Assembly (NCBI GenBank): GCA_965208325.1
Contig: OZ242326.1
Span: 1,408,001 to 1,472,000 of the forward strand
Direction of reading: 5' to 3'
DNA length: 64,000 bases
From: Candidatus Poribacteria bacterium
GTDB lineage: Bacteria; Poribacteria; WGA-4E; PCPOR2b
Numbering within the stretch: the stretch's first letter is position 1; each line of letters starts with the position of its first letter. Shown in pieces: positions 52,409 through 61,674 of the stretch. The notes beneath the pieces were generated by a model. The model ran no database searches. It saw nothing but the letters and a program-made list of their open reading frames with translations, and was not told where the DNA came from. Both the position numbers and the translations under genes were made by a program.

Positions 52409-53305
52409 CTATTTATTTGACTCAAAAAGTGCCATCTGTTCGGAAGCAGAATTTGGTACTTTACTTTGTGTAGTTGTTCCCCAAATGACTTCTAAGTTCG
52501 GTGTGCATTTGTAGTCTTTGAACAAACCTGAAATGTCATCTGCTTTTCTTTTTTCAGCAAGCCTATTCCGAATTATTTCGACGTTAATCTTATCGAGTTC
52601 CATGCCAACCGATTGTCGTCCCAACTGCTCCGCAACAACCAAGGTCGTCCCCGAACCAGCGAATGGGTCCAACACAACATCCCCGGGATTTGTTGACGAC
52701 AAGATTATCCTAACGAGAAGTTGAGTCGGTGTCTGTTGCTTGTGCAAACGATTCCCCTCTGTATCCCGAAGGGCTTCATCTCCAGCAAAGTACCCCGATG
52801 TCAGCTCACGAATATCGTCCCACACGTCGGTAACGAACATGCCGTTTTCCCGTTCATATTTGTAATCAGCTGGAAGCGGCGGATTGATTCTCAGGCGGTG
52901 AAATACGCCTGGGCGTTCCCCCTTCGTTGCGAACGCAATAATCTGGTAATGCTTGCCAAAACGCTTCATTCCGGGCACGGCGGACGTTTTCTTTTTCCAA
53001 ATTATCAAGTTTTGAAACGTCCACCCTGATTCGCGAAGACAGCGCAGCACTGATTCAGTTTTCTTTTCGCGTTGCATAAAATAGATTGCGCCGCCTGACG
53101 CCGTCCCGCGGCAAATCTTTGTACAAACATCGCTCATCCGCCTCCAATATTCCGCTTCAGGCAAGTTGTCGTCCCACTCATTATATCCTTTGTCCTGATT
53201 GAAGGGCGGATCGAGAAACGTGAGATCCACAGGCCGCAAATCAATGTTCTGTTGGTCCAATAACGACGAACAATCTCCGAGCAGCACAGTTGCATTCATT
53301 TTCAA
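52409..53305 (-). CDS. Site-specific N4-cytosine/N6-adenine DNA methyltransferase (beta class)
   Basis: FLDPPFN precedes VLDPFAGSGTT; IIWKK, TDVWD. Confidence 0.93.
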   Translation of the reverse strand: MKMNATVLLGDCSSLLDQQNIDLRPVDLTFLDPPFNQDKGYNEWDDNLPEAEYWRRMSDVCTKICRGTASGGAIYFMQREKKTESVLRCLRESGWTFQNLIIWKKKTSAVPGMKRFGKHYQIIAFATKGERPGVFHRLRINPPLPADYKYERENGMFVTDVWDDIRELTSGYFAGDEALRDTEGNRLHKQQTPTQLLVRIILSSTNPGDVVLDPFAGSGTTLVVAEQLGRQSVGMELDKINVEIIRNRLAEKRKADDISGLFKDYKCTPNLEVIWGTTTQSKVPNSASEQMALFESNK

Positions 53306-53451
53306 TCCTGAGACCTGAGAAACTCGTCATTGACTATCATCGGGACTTCATTTGGTATTGGGAAATTGATTTAAGTCCCGGCGAAAATTTTTCCATGCAC
53401 GTCAAATGGATTCGGAAGTTTACATTTCCAATATATGGCCATTCGTTTGTA

Positions 53452-53934
53452 TCAGTTGTCCGCCAAATCCTCAATCCGCCGATACAGGTTCGCCATCTCG
53501 ATTGCCGCAGCAGCCGCTTCCGCGCCTTTGTTCCCCATTTTGGTCCCGGTACGCTCAATGGCTTGCTCAACCGTATCGGTGGTAATCACACCGTAAATCA
53601 CCGGAACACCCGTGTTGGATGAAACGTGCGAAATGCCTTTAGCGCTCTCGCTTGCGACAAAATCGAAGTGCGGCGTCGCGCCCCGGATTACGGCGCCGAT
53701 GCAAATAACTGCGTCATATCGATTACTTTCTGCGAGCCGTTTTGCCGTTGCGGGAATCTCAAACGCACCCGGCGTCCAAAATATATCTACATCATCGAGA
53801 CTGACCCCGTGGCGTTTCAGAGCGTCCAGCGCCCCATCTAACAATTTGGTGGTAATAAAGCCGTTAAATCGACTGACGGTAATGCCGACCTTCAATTTGC
53901 TTCCAATCAGATTGCCTTCATAAATGTTCGGCAT
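53452..53934 (-). CDS. ribH: 6,7-dimethyl-8-ribityllumazine synthase
   Basis: [30 protein letters not shown]. Confidence 0.97.
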   Translation of the reverse strand: MPNIYEGNLIGSKLKVGITVSRFNGFITTKLLDGALDALKRHGVSLDDVDIFWTPGAFEIPATAKRLAESNRYDAVICIGAVIRGATPHFDFVASESAKGISHVSSNTGVPVIYGVITTDTVEQAIERTGTKMGNKGAEAAAAAIEMANLYRRIEDLADN

Positions 53935-53936
53935 CG

Positions 53937-55184
53937 TTAATCACGGCGCACATCTTTATCTTGCGCACCCTCCTCTTCATCAATTGTGTGCAGCAGCAAA
54001 TGTCCTAACTTCGTTCTTTTGGCTTCGAGGTAGCAGCGGTTGAATTTCTGGGGTGGGGTCTGCAGCGGGACGCGCTCGACGATTTTAAGGTTATGCCCGG
54101 CCAGTCCGCTGACCTTGCGCGGATTGTTTGTTAAGAGACGCATCTCAGTTACACCCAGATCTGCCAAAATTTGCGCACCGACGCCGTAATCGCGCAAATC
54201 CGCAGGGAAACCGAGTCGATTGTTCGCTTCCACAGTATCCAGCCCTTCCCTGTCTTGCAAATTGTAAGCGCGAATTTTGTTGCTGAGCCCCATGCCGCGG
54301 CCTTCTTGGCGCATGTACACCAAGACCCCCCGTTCTTCTGCTTGGATGAGTTCCATGGCTTTATCCAACTGTTCCCCGCAATCGCAACGCAGCGATCCAA
54401 ATACATCTCCGGTGAGACACTGTGAATGGACGCGCACCAACACCGGTGTTTTATCTGAGACATCACCTTTGACGAGTGCGATATGGGTCTTCAGGTCGTC
54501 CAGGCTTTCATAGGAATAAAGTTTGAAATGCCCATGCTGCGTTTGTACATCCGCCTCGGCGACGCGTTTGATAAGCGTTTCCGTCTGCCGCCGGTACGCG
54601 ATGAGATCGGCGATGGTAATTATCTTCAATCCATGCTTCGGGGCAAGTTTCAAGAGTTCAGGCATTCTTGCCATCGTGCCGTCTTCATTTAAGATTTCAC
54701 AGAGTACCCCCGCAGGATAAAGCCCCGCGAGCAGCGCAAGGTCAACGGTCGCCTCGGTATGCCCGGCTCGCCGCAGCACGCCGCCATCCATCGCTTGCAG
54801 CGGGAAGATATGCCCCGGCCGCACAAAATCTTCCGGTGTTGTCTGGGATTCGACAAATTTTCGGATTGTGTGCGCGCGTTCATAGGCAGATACGCCCGTG
54901 CTCACGTCTTTTGCGTCGATGGTTACGGTAAACGCAGTATGCAGCCGGGCGGTATTTTCGGATACCATTAAGGGGAGATTCAGCTCTGCCAAACGAGCCG
55001 CGGTAGCTGGGAGGCAAATCAAGCCGCGTCCGTACTTCGTCATAAAATTTATCGCATCCGGCGTGACCTTTTCAGCCGCCATTATCAAATCGCCTTCGTT
55101 TTCCCGATCCGGATCGTCGGTGACGATAATCATTTCACCATTACGAATGGCTTTAACGGCTTCCGGAATTGTGTTAAACGTCAT
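53937..55184 (-). CDS. ribBA: Bifunctional DHBP synthase / GTP cyclohydrolase II
   Basis: [47 protein letters not shown]. Confidence 0.97.
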   Translation of the reverse strand: MTFNTIPEAVKAIRNGEMIIVTDDPDRENEGDLIMAAEKVTPDAINFMTKYGRGLICLPATAARLAELNLPLMVSENTARLHTAFTVTIDAKDVSTGVSAYERAHTIRKFVESQTTPEDFVRPGHIFPLQAMDGGVLRRAGHTEATVDLALLAGLYPAGVLCEILNEDGTMARMPELLKLAPKHGLKIITIADLIAYRRQTETLIKRVAEADVQTQHGHFKLYSYESLDDLKTHIALVKGDVSDKTPVLVRVHSQCLTGDVFGSLRCDCGEQLDKAMELIQAEERGVLVYMRQEGRGMGLSNKIRAYNLQDREGLDTVEANNRLGFPADLRDYGVGAQILADLGVTEMRLLTNNPRKVSGLAGHNLKIVERVPLQTPPQKFNRCYLEAKRTKLGHLLLHTIDEEEGAQDKDVRRD

Positions 55185-55295
55185 AAAAATTCCCCAAGAA
55201 CTCTGTCTTATCCTACTTTGGCCGGGGAGTTTTCCCGACAGAGAAAAACTGCGCTCCTCATTTGGCTAATAATGAATGTGCTGAATTTACGCGTG

Positions 55296-55937
55296 CTAAC
55301 TAACGTAGCCGTGTTCCCGCAAAAACGCCAAATCAATAGTCCGGGACTCCCCAAGGCCGGAAACTATAAGCCGTTCGACATAACGCCCTAACAAATCAAC
55401 CTCAACATTTACACGCGCACCGACTCTTAACTTTCCGAGCGTTGTTACTAGTTTGGTGTGTGGAATAAGCGCCACTTCAAAACTATCATCGGACAATTCC
55501 GCGACGGTTAGGCTGACACCGTCTACACAGACAGAGCCTTTATATACGATATACCGCATAGCCGTAGGAGAAACCGTGACGCTCATCATGGACGCTTCGT
55601 CCCTCCAGCCGCTCACAGTACCCACTTCGTCCACATGCCCTAATACAAGGTGCCCGCCCAGCCGATCGCTCAAGCGCAACGGCAGTTCAAGGTTAACTGC
55701 GTCTCCAGGTCTAAGTTCGCCGAGAGTAGTTTTGCGAGACGTTTCCGCGGAGATGTCCGCTGTAAAACTGTCTTCAGTGACACGAGCCATAGTCAAGCAG
55801 ACACCGTTCACAGCGATACTGTCGCCGACATTGCTCTCCGCTGCTGCTTGCGTCGTTTCGATTGTAAGCGCGGCAATTTGACCGCCGCGCTGAACCTGTT
55901 TGATAATCCCGACAGTTTCAACGATGCCTGTGAACAT
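55296..55937 (-). CDS. ribE: Riboflavin synthase (alpha chain)
   Basis: MFTGIVE, GDSIAVNGVCLT, GGHLVLGHVD, DGVSLT, IPHT. Confidence 0.97.
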   Translation of the reverse strand: MFTGIVETVGIIKQVQRGGQIAALTIETTQAAAESNVGDSIAVNGVCLTMARVTEDSFTADISAETSRKTTLGELRPGDAVNLELPLRLSDRLGGHLVLGHVDEVGTVSGWRDEASMMSVTVSPTAMRYIVYKGSVCVDGVSLTVAELSDDSFEVALIPHTKLVTTLGKLRVGARVNVEVDLLGRYVERLIVSGLGESRTIDLAFLREHGYVS

Positions 55938-55977
55938 TATCTTCTGTAATTCTGTAATGTGAAGACTCCGAGTGCGC

Positions 55978-57105
55978 TCACAAGTTAGGATTCAAATAAC
56001 CTTCTATGAGGAGGTCCCCATCAATGGGCGTAACTGTTAAATCACGAATCGTGTAAGCCTCTGACAGGTATTGAATCCCGACTCCCCCGATTGGCCCAGC
56101 CGCCGCCTCGCCGCCAATTAACTTTGGTGCGAAAAAGAACACGACCTTGTCTACAATTCCCGCCTTTAATGCAGAGGAGTTGACTTCCGCACCGCCTTCA
56201 ACAAGCACACTGGTGATGCTTCGGTGTCCAAGTTCACACATCAACGTTCCCATGCAAACACGGCCATCTTTCTCTTTAACGGTCAAAATTTCTGCGCCGG
56301 CCGCCTTCAGGTTCGCGAGGTCTCCCAAATTAGCACGTTCTGTCACAGCGATGATTGTACCCACACTATGGTCGGGGCTGAAGATTTTCGCCGTTGGGGG
56401 TGTGCGTCCGTGCGAATCCATCACAATGCGAATTGGATTTTTGCCGCGCCCGTGCGGCAATCGCGTCGACAACGATGGGTTGTCGTTCAAAATTGTTTCA
56501 ACCCCAACTAAAATCGCATCAACCTGATTACGAATCTCATGCCCTTTCGTCCTGGACGCTTGCGACGTAATCCATTGGGATTCGCCCGAAGCAGTGGCGA
56601 TTTTACCGTCAAGACTGCACGCGGCTTTGAGGATAACGAACGGCTGCTTGGTCTCCGTATATTTGAGATACACTTCATTGAGGCGCCGCGCTTCCCGCTC
56701 AAATAAGCCGACTTTCACGCGAATTCCAGCATCTCTCAACTCCCGCAGGCCATTGCCGTTGACGTAGGGATTCGGATCTTCGAGTGCAACAAAAGCGTTG
56801 GCGATTCCTGCCCTAACAATTGACTTCGTGCACGGCTGTGTACGTCCCCAGTGGCAGCACGGTTCCAGTGTGACATATAAGGCCGCCCCCCGAGCGAGGT
56901 CACCGGCTTGATTCAATGCATGAACCTCCGCATGCGCTTCCCCAGCCTTCTGATGGTATCCCTCGCCGACAATGGTGTTGTCCCGCACGATGACCGCACC
57001 CACTAAAGGATTGGGGCTGGTGCGGCCGCGGGATTTTTCGGCGAGTTCGAGCGCATAACGCATGAAGCCTTTATCTGTCGATGACCACTGGGATGACCGG
57101 GACAA
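55978..57105 (-). CDS. ribD: Riboflavin biosynthesis deaminase/reductase RibD
   Basis: PNPLVGAV, HAEV, TLEPCCH, SLDGKIA, VEGG; start moved to the TTG after AGGAG because the longer ORF runs through the riboswitch. Confidence 0.95.
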   Translation of the reverse strand: MSRSSQWSSTDKGFMRYALELAEKSRGRTSPNPLVGAVIVRDNTIVGEGYHQKAGEAHAEVHALNQAGDLARGAALYVTLEPCCHWGRTQPCTKSIVRAGIANAFVALEDPNPYVNGNGLRELRDAGIRVKVGLFEREARRLNEVYLKYTETKQPFVILKAACSLDGKIATASGESQWITSQASRTKGHEIRNQVDAILVGVETILNDNPSLSTRLPHGRGKNPIRIVMDSHGRTPPTAKIFSPDHSVGTIIAVTERANLGDLANLKAAGAEILTVKEKDGRVCMGTLMCELGHRSITSVLVEGGAEVNSSALKAGIVDKVVFFFAPKLIGGEAAAGPIGGVGIQYLSEAYTIRDLTVTPIDGDLLIEGYLNPNL

Positions 57106-57120
57106 ATACCGCTCCTGATA

Positions 57121-57150
57121 CAAAAAAAGCCCAAAGATCAGTCTTTGGGC
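57121..57150 (-). terminator. Intrinsic terminator of the FMN riboswitch expression platform
   Basis: GCCCAAAGA-CTGA-TCTTTGGGC-TTTTTTT. Confidence 0.9.
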
Positions 57151-57165
57151 GGAAGAATCGCGACC

Positions 57166-57288
57166 GTGCCTTCTCCCTTCCGGACTATTACCGTCGGCTC
57201 TGGAATCACACCAGATCTGTCCTCGACATTTATCGTGGACTCGCGGACTATACCGCCGATGGGGAATTCCACCCACCCCCGAAGACGC
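57166..57288 (-). ncRNA. FMN riboswitch (RFN element)
   Basis: Minus strand TCTTCGGGGGTGGGTGGAATTCCCCATCGGCGGTATAGTCCGCGA...AGATCTGGTGTGATTCCAGAGCCGACGGTAATAGTCCGGAAGGGAGAAG upstream of ribD. Confidence 0.93.
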
Positions 57289-57374
57289 TCTGATTCTCTT
57301 AGAGGGTGCGCGTAGGCACATCAAAAGCCCGCCTTCGCAATCACCCCCTCAGTGAATATACGAGTTCGAAGAAT

Positions 57375-57403
57375 ATTATATCATAGCTTGTATGACAAAT
57401 CAA
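57375..57403 (-). promoter_or_regulatory. Putative sigma70 promoter of the rib operon
   Basis: TTGATT-N17-TATAAT with an extended -10 TG. Confidence 0.65.
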
Positions 57404-57613
57404 AAAAGTTTATCAAACCGGTATGCAAAACGCGTCTCACCCCTCTTTTTCGCTTGATTATTTTCGAGAGTTCACTTATCATCTGTTGGGATATGAGACG
57501 TAGCGTCATGGATATGCTCTGAGACTGCATCGGTGTAATGATTATGAATTACGCGATGGGACCTCAGGTGAAATAATCTTACGGAAAGCGCATAAAGGAG
57601 TCCATAAGCAAAA

Positions 57614-57823
57614 ATGACATCAGCCCTTGAAGACGAGCTTGTTGAGGCATACGAGCGGGAAGTGGAAAGATTAGTCTCCAAGCAACGCAAATACCGCGAT
57701 GTGCTCGGCGGCGCGGACATCGCCGCAGTGGTTCGTGCGTTTCGTTTCACTTTTGAGCACGGCAATGAAAAAGTGACAGCTCAGATGCTCTACGATATGA
57801 TTGACGACGATAACGGAGAATAG
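57614..57823 (+). CDS. Small acidic hypothetical protein
   Basis: 69-aa ORF with AAGGAG upstream, ending 3 nt before the SMC-like gene. Confidence 0.65.
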   Translation: MTSALEDELVEAYEREVERLVSKQRKYRDVLGGADIAAVVRAFRFTFEHGNEKVTAQMLYDMIDDDNGE

Positions 57824-57826
57824 CGC

Positions 57827-59710
57827 ATGCTGCTAGAACGAATCATGCTCAAATCCTTTGGGTGTTATGACCGAAAACATTTCGATTTGAGCGAAGGCAT
57901 AAACCTGATTTTCGGCCCCAATTTCAGCGGCAAGAGCACACTCGTTAGTGCAATCTTCTTCGCACTGACTGGCAAACCTATTATCCCGCGCGTTAATCCG
58001 TCGTCAATGGCACGGTCCGGCGCGGCAAGCGGCACGACGGGGCTGGGGTTCTGCAATCAAGAGGGACGTTATCGACTCTTTCGGTCAACGAACGGAGATG
58101 TTCAAATCCGCCGTCTAGAGAACGGCGAGTGGCGCATCCAAATAACCGGGAAACGCACCGCGGACACGGAACTTCAGCAGATTGTTCATCTGAACCACCA
58201 CCATCTTTCTGCGGCATCATTCCTGAGAGAGGGCGAAATCTTTGAATTCCTGACCCGGATGCCGGCGAGTCGGCGGGATATCTTGTATGCGCTGCTTGGC
58301 ATCGATCGGCTCATAGAGGTTCGCGAACGGTTTATTGACGGGCGCCGCCTATCCAAGCGCGGGGAAAAGCGGGTTCAAGAGCATCAGCGCAGCCTGCGGG
58401 TAACATCTGTCAAGGGGCATGGAGAAGAAATTAAGCGGCTTGAAGAAGAGCTGAAAGCCCTGGAAGCGCAATATGAAAACCTAACAAGCAAGGGTGTCGA
58501 AGACAGCGACGCGCTGTTAATCGTTGAACTGAATCAGACCCGCGACCGGCTCGAGCAGCAGATAGATACCTTGGGTAAAGAACGCGCCTCAATTCTCAGC
58601 GGCTTTACCAACCCGGCGCATCTTCACGACTCAATCAAGGCGATTGAAACAGCAATTTCAGAAGCGCGCGGATTGGAGGCGGAACGGGAGAGTGTCATTC
58701 AGGAGGTCGGCGTCCTGACCAGCCAGATTCGGACGCTGAACGGGGAATGTGAAACCTTGCACCAGTTCATCAATAACCAGCGCGGACATTGTCCGACCTG
58801 CCATCAGCCGATACAGCGTGATACGATTTTGCACATCATCGAAGAAAAGTCGTCCACACAAGAAAAATATCAGCGTGAACTTGACGCAAAACAGGCGATT
58901 CTCAATAAACACACCGATGATGTCAGCACATTGCGCGAACTTGACCAGCGGCGCCAACTCTTGTTGAACAAAGTCGAGATGCTTGCGCGTGTCGAAACCC
59001 AGTTGGGGGAGTTGCAGCGTGAAATTAAGACCGTGGTAGATCGGCTGAACGTTCTACAACCCTCCGCACCGCCGCATCGAGATACTACCGTTGAATCACA
59101 GCCGGATGCGGCGCAGACGGCTGAAAACCGGCGCCGTATGAAATCAAAAATTGATACATTGCGGGCGCGCCTTAGCTCACTCAACGCGGAAGAGGCGGTG
59201 TTAGCGCATAAACTCCAAGAACTTCAACGCGTTCAAACTGAAGCCGAAAAGATGCTACGGACACGTCTTAGGTTTGAACTTGCTTGCGCTGGCGTGGATA
59301 AAACTATTGAAACACTTCAGCAACAGATTCTGCAACCCGCCGAGGAAGAACTTCAGCGTTGGTTAAAACGAATGAACCTTTTCGATCGTGTCAGCATTGA
59401 CCTCAAAAGCCAACACCTGCTCCCGTCTCTAAATATCGACGGTGCGGAACGCAACCTGATGCTGCTCAGCGGCAGCGAAAAGATGATTCTTTATCTCTGC
59501 TTCAAAGCCGCGCTGTCAACTGCGTTGGGGAATAACGGCTTTTTTGTCTTCGACGATCCAACCCTGCATTTGGACGTAGAACGCAAGCACTTGATGATCT
59601 CGTTTATTCAACAACTTGCCGCCAATCACCAGGTCATCGTAACCAGCAACGACACCGATGTGAGACATGCACTGACTGATTCACACATAATTGAAACAAC
59701 CGGTGAATAA
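57827..59710 (+). CDS. Rad50/SbcC-like SMC-family ATPase
   Basis: Walker A GPNFSGKS, coiled coils, zinc hook CPTCHQ, signature LSGSE, Walker B FVFDDPTLHLD. Confidence 0.9.
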   Translation: MLLERIMLKSFGCYDRKHFDLSEGINLIFGPNFSGKSTLVSAIFFALTGKPIIPRVNPSSMARSGAASGTTGLGFCNQEGRYRLFRSTNGDVQIRRLENGEWRIQITGKRTADTELQQIVHLNHHHLSAASFLREGEIFEFLTRMPASRRDILYALLGIDRLIEVRERFIDGRRLSKRGEKRVQEHQRSLRVTSVKGHGEEIKRLEEELKALEAQYENLTSKGVEDSDALLIVELNQTRDRLEQQIDTLGKERASILSGFTNPAHLHDSIKAIETAISEARGLEAERESVIQEVGVLTSQIRTLNGECETLHQFINNQRGHCPTCHQPIQRDTILHIIEEKSSTQEKYQRELDAKQAILNKHTDDVSTLRELDQRRQLLLNKVEMLARVETQLGELQREIKTVVDRLNVLQPSAPPHRDTTVESQPDAAQTAENRRRMKSKIDTLRARLSSLNAEEAVLAHKLQELQRVQTEAEKMLRTRLRFELACAGVDKTIETLQQQILQPAEEELQRWLKRMNLFDRVSIDLKSQHLLPSLNIDGAERNLMLLSGSEKMILYLCFKAALSTALGNNGFFVFDDPTLHLDVERKHLMISFIQQLAANHQVIVTSNDTDVRHALTDSHIIETTGE

Positions 59711-59770
59711 CGCCCATGCAGATGTCCTGCCATACAGCTGCCATCCGCCGTATCGCGGGATAGTCACCCA

Positions 59771-59805
59771 AAAGTAGAAGGCATACGCAGTGTGCCTGCT
59801 ACTTT
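59771..59805. terminator. Palindromic GTAG-type hairpin between convergent genes (terminator or REP)
   Basis: AAAGTAG-a-AGGCA...TGCCT-g-CTACTTT. Confidence 0.55.
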
Positions 59806-59834
59806 GCCGTGAGCTTAAATTGTTTTAGTCCTTT

Positions 59835-61430
59835 CTATTTCACAATCACCATCCGACGCATCGCGGAATAATCACCCGCCCGGAGTTGATAGAAATAGGT
59901 GCCGCTTGCCACCGCTTCGCCGCGTTCGTTGTGTCCATCCCAATACACCGCACTGCCTTTTTCAGTATAGAACCCTGCCGACTGAAGCCCCAAATCGAAA
60001 TGACGCACCAACACGCCGCTGGCGTTATAAATGGAAAGCGCGGCATTCGAGTCACGGTCAAGGTGATACGGAATCCATGTCTCCGGGTTGAAAGGATTCG
60101 GGTAATTGGGGAGAAGCTGCGTTTTTGCCGGGACACCGGCGTTGGTTGCCAGCCAATTGCGCAGCAAGTCCGCACCGATGCGAACTTCCGGCATCGTGTC
60201 AGACATACGCTCTAACTCCCTTAAAGCCGACCGCAATCGGCTGAGAGTCTCGGAGCCCATCGGCGTAGTACGGCTATGGGTGCCCTCCTGCTGAATGTTT
60301 TCGCGTGCCGTGGCGTAATCAAACCTCACGCTCGCGGTGTAGACAGATGGCGCCGCCGAGACAATACCTGATTGGCCGAATAGACGCGCCACACGAACAA
60401 GGTCAAAAATATCGACTTCACCATTCCCGTCAATATCTGCCGCAAGCCCTTCACCAGTTTGCCCAAAACTACCGCCGACTTTTACGAGATCGAAGATATC
60501 GATTTGCTCATCTCGGTTGATGTCTTCAGGACGGAATTCGACGTATGAAAACACTATCGTTTGCGATTGGCCATCCGGGTTGGTGAGGACAATTTCGACA
60601 TCCCCAACCATACTTGCGGGGATTGTAAAGGTGATTTCAGTAGGCGAGATAAATTTTACGTCCAGTATCTGCATGCCGCCGACGGAAACGCTTGATCCTT
60701 CCTGAAAATTCTCTCCGAGCAATTGGACTATTGTACCTTCGGTTATTATCCCGCTGTCTGATGTGACACTGTCAAGGATCGGCGCCGGAGCTCTCGGTTC
60801 AATCTGAACATCAATTGTATCCGACTGCTCGTCCGGATTAGAAATGACAATTTCGGCAGCCCCAACCGCTTCATTCGGGATTGTGATGCTGAGTTCGGTG
60901 GCCGAGATGTACGTTACGTCCAAAATTTCAATGCCGTCTACAGTAACGCTTGCACCTTCTTGAAAATTCTCTCCGATTAATTGAACGACATCGCCGCCGA
61001 AGATTATGCCGCGATCCGACACTACGCTGTTTAGGATTGGCGCGGGAACTCTCGACTCAAGCTGAATATCGAAAGTTGTCGCAGGAAAATCGACGTCATC
61101 CAGTATGTGCGTTACCTCGGCGAGAACTTCCCCATCTTGTTCGACGGTGATTTTTATCTCATCGCCGACTTCCGGTACTGGCGGAGTTAGAATGAAATAG
61201 AAAACGGCATAAATTCCTGCACCGCTTGCTTCCCCAGTGCGCGCGGGTCGCGATGATTCACGCGGGCTGGTTGTATTCTCCACCGTAACATCAAGCCCAT
61301 CTATCGGATTGCCGTTTGCATCTGTTACCGTACCCTTTATCAAAATCGAATCAGTCGCGTAGCTATTCATCGGTACAGCCGTGCATAGCAGAAAAATTAT
61401 CCCCAAACAACAAATTGCGGTGCGTTTCAT
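59835..61430 (-). CDS. Secreted protein with 2 IPT/TIG domains, a dockerin-like EF-hand repeat and an FlgD-Ig/secretion-tail-like C-terminal domain
   Basis: Signal peptide; PAPIL.SV.SD.GII..G..VQL.GENFQEG twice; DINRDEQIDIFDLV and DIDGNGEVDIFDLV; NYPNPFNPETWIPY...WDG...SGTYFYQL. Confidence 0.88.
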   Translation of the reverse strand: MKRTAICCLGIIFLLCTAVPMNSYATDSILIKGTVTDANGNPIDGLDVTVENTTSPRESSRPARTGEASGAGIYAVFYFILTPPVPEVGDEIKITVEQDGEVLAEVTHILDDVDFPATTFDIQLESRVPAPILNSVVSDRGIIFGGDVVQLIGENFQEGASVTVDGIEILDVTYISATELSITIPNEAVGAAEIVISNPDEQSDTIDVQIEPRAPAPILDSVTSDSGIITEGTIVQLLGENFQEGSSVSVGGMQILDVKFISPTEITFTIPASMVGDVEIVLTNPDGQSQTIVFSYVEFRPEDINRDEQIDIFDLVKVGGSFGQTGEGLAADIDGNGEVDIFDLVRVARLFGQSGIVSAAPSVYTASVRFDYATARENIQQEGTHSRTTPMGSETLSRLRSALRELERMSDTMPEVRIGADLLRNWLATNAGVPAKTQLLPNYPNPFNPETWIPYHLDRDSNAALSIYNASGVLVRHFDLGLQSAGFYTEKGSAVYWDGHNERGEAVASGTYFYQLRAGDYSAMRRMVIVK

Positions 61431-61628
61431 GATATACTCCTTATTACCTCAATATTTTCTCAAACTCTAAATCTGCATCCATTGCTAGTCGTCAATACCC
61501 TTACCTTCAAATTACGTCTACAAAATGGGGTGCGTTTCACGATATTCTCCTGCATCTTTGGATTGATGCACCAGTCGTTATACTGACATTCCCAACGCTG
61601 CGCTTTTGCTTAGCCGAACGTGACTCTC

Positions 61629-61661
61629 GAAACCGAGTTTTTTTCTTGAAAAATCGGTTTC
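61629..61661. terminator. Hairpin downstream of the Ldh-like gene
   Basis: GAAACCGA...TCGGTTTC inverted repeat with inner T and A tracts. Confidence 0.5.
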
Positions 61662-61674
61662 TACAACGGATTAA

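Noticed and set aside
57106..57324. N-terminal extension of the RibD ORF in the ORF track
   Set aside because: It translates through the FMN riboswitch and terminator; an RBS and TTG at 57105 give a normal-length RibD.
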